Origin: a virus
IMG/VR virus record: IMGVR_UViG_3300037231_000119
Span: 32,001 to 96,000 of that record
DNA: 64,000 nt
Reading direction: 5' to 3' (one strand)
Shown here: one piece after another, positions 56,932 to 64,000 of the stretch
Position numbering within the stretch: position 1 is the first letter of the stretch
Layout: each line of letters opens with the position of its first letter
Position numbers and translations under genes: made by a program
The notes under the pieces: model-generated
The model's database searches: none
What the model was told of the DNA's origin: nothing
Seen by the model: only the letters and a program-made list of their open reading frames with translations

Positions 56932-58791
56932 ATGTCAACTTATATTTCGGGCGTAGCTAGTTGTTCCGCAATTGATACCGCTGGGGAAATTGTAGATATT
57001 AGCGGTCTCGACATAACCTCCTTAGCTCGTAGCGGTACTTGTAACTGGGAACACAAAGCCGACACCCCGGCACAAACAGTTGGCAAAATACTAAAGGCAA
57101 AAAAGATCTTTAGTGAAAAAGACTGTGAAGATTCCAATCAAAAACACTTTTGGGATAAAACCAAACTACCGTTCGTATATATAGTTGCGGAGCTTTTGGA
57201 TGATTATACGGCTAGTGCAAAAGAATGTGCTGGTCAGATGAGGTACAGTAAGGACCATCCCGAACTATCGGCAATTTTAGGATTTTCCGTTGAAGGAAGT
57301 GAAATACCCGGAACCAGGAAAAATTCCATGCTGATCACACGATCGATTGCAAGAAAGGTTACGCTTACCGTATCTCCAGCAAATAAGTTATGTATTGCTC
57401 AAATTTTCGAGAACCCAGAACAAAAATCCCAAGTCAAAGATGATTTTGAAGAATTGTTTCGTTCTGACCAAGAAGCTATCACTCTCTTCAAGTCAGGTGA
57501 AGGCGAAAAGATTTACGAATCCTATTTGGCCAAAAAAGAGCATGAGCCTAAGAAGCCGTGTAAACATAAGAAAATGAAAAAAGATGAATTTGGTTATCCA
57601 GATTCCCCTAAAACTTCAGCGCCCCCTCCAGAACCAAATAAAGCAAACGCCCAAGCTATGCAAAATGGCGCTGAATCAGGCGGTCCAAGTTTCTCTCAGG
57701 GCCTATCTAACCTGGCCAATGGCTTAATGGGTAAAAGTGAAAACTTCGGATGGTCTAAGGGTAAAGTGGATAAGGATAAAAAGGCAGTTCACTACGAACA
57801 CCCAACTCATGGCACGGTTTCCGTAATCAGACACGATAATGGCGATTTCCACGTAAAGCATCGTGGGGCTTTGGCTGGTGTTGGTGGAGTTAAGGGCTCT
57901 TTCCCTACTTCTGGAGAAGCCGGTACTCACGCTAAGAAATATATGTCTTCCTTAAGCCAGGGTAAAACTTTGGCACCACAAATGCATAATATTTCATCAA
58001 CGGACGTTGCGAGCAAAAAACATCTTAAAAAAGCCATCGATGCCGGTTCCTACAATGCCGCCCCCTCTACCCTAGCTTCCGGTGCCGCTTATCAACGCGA
58101 AAGTCTTGGTTCAAAGCCTGCAACTACTGGGGCTGAAGACCATAACTTTCAGGGGACTAAGAAGAAGGACTGGAATAAGAGATCGAAAGAAGATTACGAG
58201 AATTGGCCCCAAAAAGAGAAGTTTGAGAAGTTTATGTCTGCTAGAATGCCTCATTTGGCATTAGGCGAGATAAAAGCTCTGGGCCGGGCGATATGCTTGA
58301 AAAAGAACATCGAGGCGGAGAAAGCTCTTGGTAATTTGGTTTTGGGTAAGTCTGAAGAGGACCCCAAACTCGGCAATCATTTTCTTTTCAGTGCTGAAAA
58401 TCCAATGCATCCCCATAAAAATGAAAGCAGGATGGACCATAAACAGACCCTGGTACACTTAAAAAGTAAGGGTTTTGATGCCAATGAAGTTAAGGGGCAT
58501 TATGGCGCTCCGGAGACCTCGATCATGGTCCACAATGTTAATCCCAAACAGGCAGAGCATCTTCACGGAATAGCCTCCAAACTTGGTCAGGATAGTTCGA
58601 TCTATAGTAATAATGGCAAGCATGAGATGCGCTACCATCACGGTGAAAAGGCAGGAAAGTCCCATTTAGGTTCTGGTACCGAATTCCATAAAGAAAAGCC
58701 TAAGGATTTCTATACTACTCTACCTAATGGAAAACACTTCACTCACAATTTTGATTTTGATCAATTACATAATAGTAAAAAGAAAAAATAG
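56932..58791 (+). CDS. Prohead protease with C-terminal cargo modules including a SAM-lyase-like domain
   Basis: ISGVAS..AID..GEIVD..GLDI...NWEH...LGFSVEG...VTLT..PAN; C-terminal FSAENP..GHYG..E..LGQDS. Confidence 0.85.
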   Translation: MSTYISGVASCSAIDTAGEIVDISGLDITSLARSGTCNWEHKADTPAQTVGKILKAKKIFSEKDCEDSNQKHFWDKTKLPFVYIVAELLDDYTASAKECAGQMRYSKDHPELSAILGFSVEGSEIPGTRKNSMLITRSIARKVTLTVSPANKLCIAQIFENPEQKSQVKDDFEELFRSDQEAITLFKSGEGEKIYESYLAKKEHEPKKPCKHKKMKKDEFGYPDSPKTSAPPPEPNKANAQAMQNGAESGGPSFSQGLSNLANGLMGKSENFGWSKGKVDKDKKAVHYEHPTHGTVSVIRHDNGDFHVKHRGALAGVGGVKGSFPTSGEAGTHAKKYMSSLSQGKTLAPQMHNISSTDVASKKHLKKAIDAGSYNAAPSTLASGAAYQRESLGSKPATTGAEDHNFQGTKKKDWNKRSKEDYENWPQKEKFEKFMSARMPHLALGEIKALGRAICLKKNIEAEKALGNLVLGKSEEDPKLGNHFLFSAENPMHPHKNESRMDHKQTLVHLKSKGFDANEVKGHYGAPETSIMVHNVNPKQAEHLHGIASKLGQDSSIYSNNGKHEMRYHHGEKAGKSHLGSGTEFHKEKPKDFYTTLPNGKHFTHNFDFDQLHNSKKKK

Positions 58792-59007
58792 TTTGACCGT
58801 ACAAATTCTCATGATATAGTAGGTATGAGAGTTTCTGCAAATGCGCAACCGGGCTAAACAACGTTCTTTCAGTAACGTGCGCGATGTCGAAAGGGCTGCT
58901 TTGAAAGAAGTAGAGGACTGTCGATTTACGACAGCGTGAGCTTTGCCGTTATGCCTGCAAAATCATGGGCCTTAGTAGGACTTAGTGGAAACTCTCATTT
59001 CAAATTT

Positions 59008-59253
59008 ATGAATAGTCCAAAACCATATAGAGTAGCCGAAATAGCTTACGACCCATCCAATCCAGATTTCCCCTGGTATGTGCGTCGAAGCGGAACTATC
59101 GCCGAACAGGGCGGATTGGGATGGGGCTACGAATCCCTATCTTTTGAGACCATCGAAGCCGCATGCGAAGATTTGGCCCAAATGATCACCGAAGATTTAG
59201 ATGCGATTAAGGCCAATATTGAGAAAAGGGAACTGTCTGGAGAGACCGGATAG
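59008..59253 (+). CDS. Hypothetical protein
   Basis: ORF from MNSPKPY. Confidence 0.5.
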   Translation: MNSPKPYRVAEIAYDPSNPDFPWYVRRSGTIAEQGGLGWGYESLSFETIEAACEDLAQMITEDLDAIKANIEKRELSGETG

Positions 59254-59254
59254 T

Positions 59255-59851
59255 TCAGGGATTGAAATATCTATATGCTATTACTGGAGCGCAGTCGTTG
59301 TGAACCCAGTTTCCACCTGGCATTTTCTCCATCCTGATCTGCCACTCCTCCAACTTTGACTCCAACCGACTTCTTACATCGTCACAATTAAGCCCACTCG
59401 CGTCGTAATCTGTAGCTAACCCTATCTTATGGGCTGAATTTTTAGCCCCTTTAACCAAGGCATTGTAGTCTTGGCCATTATGCTCAGATTCCGGATTATT
59501 CAAAATTGGCCTGATCCAACAATGGATATTTATGGGGACATTCAAAAAATCCCTAATAAGGTCCATCTTAGAGGCCTGCCTTAAAATATTCTGTTTTTCT
59601 TCTTCAGATGGTATATGCATTACTTTCCAAGATGGAAGCCAGCAGGTCTCTTTTACACTAAAGTGTTTACTCACCATGGAATCCCCATTAGTCCAATCAA
59701 TGTACGGTGGAACTCCAACATCCGGCACGGATTCCACCTTTGGAGCCTCAACTGTCGCCCCATCAAAAGGAATCTGGGCCTTAATCTCCGCCACTGGTTT
59801 TTTGCCCAAAAGACCAATAACAAATTCTGCCAAAGTGCTTAAAAAATCCAT
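59255..59851 (-). CDS. Peptidase M15-family endolysin
   Basis: HFS..E...IRDFLNVPI.I..WIR...N..VKGA.NSAH..G.ATD...WVH.D. Confidence 0.85.
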   Translation of the reverse strand: MDFLSTLAEFVIGLLGKKPVAEIKAQIPFDGATVEAPKVESVPDVGVPPYIDWTNGDSMVSKHFSVKETCWLPSWKVMHIPSEEEKQNILRQASKMDLIRDFLNVPINIHCWIRPILNNPESEHNGQDYNALVKGAKNSAHKIGLATDYDASGLNCDDVRSRLESKLEEWQIRMEKMPGGNWVHNDCAPVIAYRYFNP

Positions 59852-59895
59852 AAAGACCTCTTGATATTTTGCCCTGTCTAATATAAGATTCTCGC

Positions 59896-60219
59896 ATGAG
59901 ACTTAAGATCAATATCGGGTCTACGGACACCAAGACTATCACCTGGAATAGTCGGATGGATGATTTCCCTAAAATTTTTAAGTACTTCGGTAAGCCCTAT
60001 GAATGGTTTTATTATGATAAGGATCTCACGGGCCAAGTGGATATGATCCTTCATTTTGCTGAACTTGCTAGCTATGACCCTAATTTTTACGCCGATTCGC
60101 CACATTGGCACGAAATTTTCCTAGTAAACAGTGAAATTGACTTGTGCGAATGTGGTGCAAAATTCTCTAGCTTTTCTTGGGATCATATGAGATATTGTCC
60201 TTACTGGAGTAAATGGTAG
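59896..60219 (+). CDS. Hypothetical protein (CECG..H...C)
   Basis: Operon start. Confidence 0.65.
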   Translation: MRLKINIGSTDTKTITWNSRMDDFPKIFKYFGKPYEWFYYDKDLTGQVDMILHFAELASYDPNFYADSPHWHEIFLVNSEIDLCECGAKFSSFSWDHMRYCPYWSKW

Positions 60220-60223
60220 AAAT

Positions 60224-60442
60224 ATGATTGATTCAGAAGAAGATAAATATCTATTCGTCACAATAGCAACGGCCGCTTTCGTTGGGACTTGTTTGAGATG
60301 TAAACAGCCTACTACTGGAAGTTACGATTCGGATTACGACGCTTATTTAAGAATGGAATGCGTGAATTGTGGCTTTAAGCAGCACTTGCTTATGGACGAT
60401 GGCGACAATGGATTAGAGCTGTTGTTGACATCTTCAGGATAA
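60224..60442 (+). CDS. Zinc-ribbon protein
   Basis: CLRC, CVNC. Confidence 0.65.
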   Translation: MIDSEEDKYLFVTIATAAFVGTCLRCKQPTTGSYDSDYDAYLRMECVNCGFKQHLLMDDGDNGLELLLTSSG

Positions 60443-60446
60443 AAAT

Positions 60447-60776
60447 ATGGCCAAAAAGAAACCCCAACTACTATCTGATGAGGCCTATGCCGCCCTAATA
60501 CTAGAGGCTACGAGGCCTAAGGCCGATAAAGAGAAGAAATTCATTAATCTAGGTTGGAAACTTATGGAAGCTAAGTTCCAGTATTACAAGTTGGATGCAC
60601 CTCTTCTCGAGGACTACCAATACGACCTACTCGAGAGAGAATACGACTCCCTAGCTAAAGAACTTGGGGTAGTGCCTACCGCGACCGATATGGTTGGATT
60701 TGACCAAGTTAGATCTAGTGGAGTCCTAGTGGCCGATAAGATTCAGCAAAGAGATCCCCCAAAGGAGCCCGTATGA
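60447..60776 (+). CDS. Stand-alone NAD-dependent DNA ligase domain Ia-like protein
   Basis: YYKLDAPLLEDYQYDLLERE matches LigA YYxxDxPxxxDxEYDxL. Confidence 0.7.
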   Translation: MAKKKPQLLSDEAYAALILEATRPKADKEKKFINLGWKLMEAKFQYYKLDAPLLEDYQYDLLEREYDSLAKELGVVPTATDMVGFDQVRSSGVLVADKIQQRDPPKEPV

Positions 60777-61057
60777 CCAATAAGATTCCTACGTATACCT
60801 TTAAGTTCGATGGGACAGTTTATTTCTTCCATTCTCTTTCAGGAGTTCGCTATTACTCGAGGAGAGTTTGGTGGAAGCCATGGAGAAAGCTGTGGTTCGT
60901 TGAGATGAGCCTATTCAATATCTTCAATTTTCCTAGCGCTCTTTGTGACGGCAGTTACAAATTTATATCTCACGGTCTAAAGACAGAAGGGGAGGCTAAA
61001 GTAGCCTCAGATAGCACTCGCGATACAATTTTGGAATTAATGAGGAGACAAAAATGA
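60773..61057 (+). CDS. Hypothetical protein
   Basis: ATGA overlap. Confidence 0.6.
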   Translation: MTNKIPTYTFKFDGTVYFFHSLSGVRYYSRRVWWKPWRKLWFVEMSLFNIFNFPSALCDGSYKFISHGLKTEGEAKVASDSTRDTILELMRRQK

Positions 61058-61232
61058 ACGACTCCTTCCCCAAATACGTCCTCACCTTCTTAGCCCTAAT
61101 TTACTTGCTTTCTGGAGTAGCCGAAGTTATTATGGTTAAGGGTGGAACTGAAGCGGTATTTGAATCAGTCAAAACCTTAGTTCCACATATCTCGATGTTT
61201 TTATTGGGATTTTATTTCTCTAAGAAGTGAGT

Positions 61233-61430
61233 ATGAATAATCTCAACCCTCCAACCAAATCAATAGACATCTCTACTCAGGAAGGCCTAGATCTACTTAG
61301 GATAAAGGCTAAGTATTATGGACACTACGCGGAATTCTTAAAGGTAGTTGAATTAATAGATGAAATTGAATCCCTAAGAGCGGATCCAGAATTAGCTTTA
61401 CACGAAGCAAACAAATTGTTAGGATGGTAA
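61233..61430 (+). CDS. Hypothetical protein
   Basis: Operon packing. Confidence 0.55.
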   Translation: MNNLNPPTKSIDISTQEGLDLLRIKAKYYGHYAEFLKVVELIDEIESLRADPELALHEANKLLGW

Positions 61431-61432
61431 AT

Positions 61433-61891
61433 ATGGGTGACTATACCGGTTTTCAAATTAAAGTTCTTCTTAAGCCAGATACTCCAATGGAGGTTATCAA
61501 TGTGCTCCGCTGTTGGACAATGCAAGCCGACAATCTGCCCTCAGAAATATCTATTTGCGCAGATCTCGTAAACATAATTGACAGGGCTTCCGTATTGTCT
61601 ATGCAAAGTGCGTACCAAGAAGAGTACAGAAAAGATCAACCCGATGTTGAGGAACGTTTTGCAAAATTCGGAGATTATTGGCTCTTAAATACCAGCAGCG
61701 GTCCTAAATGGGGCACAGGAATACCAGAATTTCTGGAGTATATTTGGCCTTTTGTAGACCAATCGGAATACGGCAAAGAAGTGGCGAACTATAAGTCTGA
61801 ATATACGAACAATAAAACGTGGGTTCGTTTTACGGCCTCCGGACATAATGAAAGACAGGATACTTGTAATGAAGAGGATGATTGGTACTAA
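61433..61891 (+). CDS. Conserved phage hypothetical protein
   Basis: MGDYT...LKPDTP.EVI..L...I..FL..I.P pattern. Confidence 0.7.
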   Translation: MGDYTGFQIKVLLKPDTPMEVINVLRCWTMQADNLPSEISICADLVNIIDRASVLSMQSAYQEEYRKDQPDVEERFAKFGDYWLLNTSSGPKWGTGIPEFLEYIWPFVDQSEYGKEVANYKSEYTNNKTWVRFTASGHNERQDTCNEEDDWY

Positions 61892-61893
61892 TT

Positions 61894-62367
61894 ATGAAAA
61901 AAACTAAAAAAGAAGAACTTACTCTAACCAAAACTCAGCTCTCCCACCTAATAGATTCCACTGTTAGGAATCTGAACTCCCTCCAAAGCTATGAGACCAA
62001 GAAGGGCAACTACAAATTCCTTCTAATGCCAGACCCAATGTGGGAAGATGGCTGTGTTCCTGCAAATCAACCTCCTGAGACCGATGAGGAGACTTGGGAT
62101 ATCGGATTGGTCCATGGAGTTTTTGAGCTTTACGATTTCTTTGCAAATATAGGGTCTATGAGAGCGGAAACTCCTGGAGGAGACACCTTTTTCAGATTTT
62201 TCGAAACCGTAGAAATCAATAGTAAGAACGTTGGGGCTTTCGTGAAGGCCCTATCTGAAATCGATGAAGTCTGGGCTCAAAGCGATATGGAGATGGAACA
62301 GGAAGAGGATTTGAAGAGTAAGACTGAGGGTAAGAACTTGGTCGATGGGAACGATACGGTGAATTAG
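61894..62367 (+). CDS. Acidic hypothetical protein
   Basis: ORF following the previous stop. Confidence 0.65.
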   Translation: MKKTKKEELTLTKTQLSHLIDSTVRNLNSLQSYETKKGNYKFLLMPDPMWEDGCVPANQPPETDEETWDIGLVHGVFELYDFFANIGSMRAETPGGDTFFRFFETVEINSKNVGAFVKALSEIDEVWAQSDMEMEQEEDLKSKTEGKNLVDGNDTVN

Positions 62368-62405
62368 ATATTGACTCCAATCTTATTATCTGATACAACT
62401 TATAT

Positions 62406-62588
62406 ATGGGTCTTTTAAGTAAAAGATTTGCCTCCTGGCTACACGAAGTATCGGTATTGACTTGTGTTTTCGGTATCTTAGAGGGACATCTAAATCCACA
62501 ATACAGTGTGAAATGGTATTGGCCAGTAGTATTTTTGGTAACAATAATGTCTTTTCTAGGAAGCATTATCATGGACAATCGGGAGTAA
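62406..62588 (+). CDS. Two-TM membrane protein
   Basis: Late motif at 62377. Confidence 0.55.
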   Translation: MGLLSKRFASWLHEVSVLTCVFGILEGHLNPQYSVKWYWPVVFLVTIMSFLGSIIMDNRE

Positions 62589-62683
62589 AATATGGAATTA
62601 GCTTATTTTGTTGGAACTGTAGCCGTAATGATCGTGTCTGGGATAGTCGTCACCAGTCCTAAGAAAAAGGTAAATAACGGGCC

Positions 62684-63451
62684 CTAATCCAATCCGCGCT
62701 GAGCCCTATATTCATCGTGTCCAAGCTTGACGAACGATACGTAGCCAGCCTTAAAGCCCCAATCGGAACTTAACATTGTTAAGGAACATCTACAGAATGG
62801 GTGATTTCCGCAAGCGGAGGGTCTATCTTCCCCACGTTTGTGCCAACCCATTGAAAGCTCCGACATCTTAAATACTCGTGGTGTAATTCCGTCTTCCAAT
62901 AGATGAAGCCTCTTACATTCCGAACATAGGCTACCATCCCTAACCACAATAAAGAATACGGTCGGATCTTCAATTCCAGCATTCCCAGACTTATTCGAGA
63001 TATCCATCACGTGACCAAAATTCCGAGTTTTGGTAGTTTCAGCTTCAGCTATTAGCTTCATGTGGCCGCGAGCTTTTTCCATTTCGTTAGAAATCAACTC
63101 GTTTACCTGTGATGATGAGACTTGTTCACCCTTAAGCTTGGACTCCTTAACTAGGGCATCGATAGATTCAACCACATTGGAAGAGGTCTTGTGTTTCAGG
63201 CTTTCAATATACCCAAAGGATGAGGTTAAGATACTTAAAAGAACATCGCGCTCAAAATGATTAGGCTCCCTGTTTGATAGGGCTTGGATGAAGATGTGGG
63301 CCAAACTAAACTTAGGCTGCGAACCAAAAAACTCCATCTTCTTATTACGGAGCTTCGGGATATTGCCCAATAGATGGTATGCGAGTCTATCGAACATGGT
63401 CGAGACTGCTATAGAGATCGATTCTTTTCCGCTGGAGCTTATGCCGTACAT
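62684..63451 (-). CDS. MuF-like head morphogenesis protein
   Basis: IAEAET...D..LC.EC..LH...HPFCRCSL. Confidence 0.8.
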   Translation of the reverse strand: MYGISSSGKESISIAVSTMFDRLAYHLLGNIPKLRNKKMEFFGSQPKFSLAHIFIQALSNREPNHFERDVLLSILTSSFGYIESLKHKTSSNVVESIDALVKESKLKGEQVSSSQVNELISNEMEKARGHMKLIAEAETTKTRNFGHVMDISNKSGNAGIEDPTVFFIVVRDGSLCSECKRLHLLEDGITPRVFKMSELSMGWHKRGEDRPSACGNHPFCRCSLTMLSSDWGFKAGYVSFVKLGHDEYRAQRGLD

Positions 63452-64000
63452 CTTTTCTCCAGATCTTTAATGGTTTTAGCTACATGATCATGATGCCAAA
63501 GCGGTTGCAGATTCGTGTAATGGCACGCAATAAGAAGTTGGTCCCTATTCGTTAAATCAAATAGGCATAGAGCTTCTTTATGATCTATTTCCCATTTTCC
63601 AGGCCCATTACCGTAATTATCCCAAGACATAATTTCTCCCGTTAGGCTATTTGGGTAAAACATCGATTCCAAATATGTAATCAGCCCTTCCACACTGCAA
63701 CCCAAATCCCTCACATGTGATCCGACTTTACGAGAAGGGTCTTTCAATATCCCCCACAACCTATGTCTCAAATTGTTGGCCACCCTAAAACTGGGATCTT
63801 TCCTGCTTCTATTTTTATAATATTCTCTAGAAGTTTTCTTTATTTGTTCCTTATTTTCTAGCCGATATTTTTCTATATATATGGAGTACTTATCCTTGTT
63901 TGCTATCCTACCCCTCTTTTGAGTTTCTCGGGCCTTAGGAGTACTACTATTCTTGCGTAGATTTTCTTTCCCTTTAGGGGTCTGATGGTACGCCTTTTTA
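63439..64000 (-). CDS. HNH-type endonuclease (partial, runs off window end)
   Basis: Frame open to 64000; LGCS..L..YLE...MSWDNYG..WEIDH...HYTNLQPLW. Confidence 0.85.
   Translation of the reverse strand, partial: KKAYHQTPKGKENLRKNSSTPKARETQKRGRIANKDKYSIYIEKYRLENKEQIKKTSREYYKNRSRKDPSFRVANNLRHRLWGILKDPSRKVGSHVRDLGCSVEGLITYLESMFYPNSLTGEIMSWDNYGNGPGKWEIDHKEALCLFDLTNRDQLLIACHYTNLQPLWHHDHVAKTIKDLEKRCTA

Larger units (their letters stand above)
2193..62385. promoter_or_regulatory. Dispersed late-promoter motif (G)CCAATCTTA, about 15 copies
   Basis: On the sense strand upstream of late genes: 2193, 25059, 31973, 32383, 33491, 37801, 38145, 45202, 51111, 53022, 56303, 59884 (minus) and 56388, 56905, 62377 (plus). 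Confidence 0.75.

Noticed and set aside
1-64000. Alternative genetic code
   Set aside because: Long structural genes are intact in the standard code, and TAA, TAG and TGA are all used as stops.

Overview
This is 64 kb of a large dsDNA myovirus genome with a Herelleviridae/SPO1-like head and contractile tail module. The host is probably Gram-negative, based on spanin-like genes, lipoproteins and sigma54/IHF-type promoters. All family assignments come from motifs recognised by eye, not database searches. Layout: 0-10.7 kb holds small accessory genes, a DUF3494 ice-binding-domain protein, a minimal tyrosine recombinase and three candidate structured RNAs. 11.4-22.5 kb is a plus-strand early/host-takeover cluster driven by six sigma54 promoters with UAS-IHF-(-24/-12) architecture; it includes a T3-like SAM lyase, an orphan HicA, lipoproteins and a repeated AAGTGAATTTT motif. 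22.5-58.8 kb is the virion module (tail chaperones, lysis genes, tail fibre, tube, sheath, neck, capsid, scaffold, prohead protease), sharing an AATCTT late-promoter motif and interrupted by free-standing homing endonucleases. 59-64 kb has an endolysin, small genes and a MuF-like gene. Most striking: (1) head-module polyproteins punctuated by phi-x-K-[S/A/G] motifs resembling prohead-protease sites appear to carry counter-defence enzymes, namely an mCpol-like nucleotide cyclase, an Acb1-like 2H phosphoesterase with a lytic transglycosylase, and a SAM-lyase-like domain fused to the prohead protease; (2) a circularly permuted DUF3494 domain is inserted in the tail sheath; (3) the early regulon appears sigma54/enhancer-dependent; (4) there is a CCCAAAA plus hairpin -1 frameshift; (5) tRNA-like RNAs have non-canonical arms.
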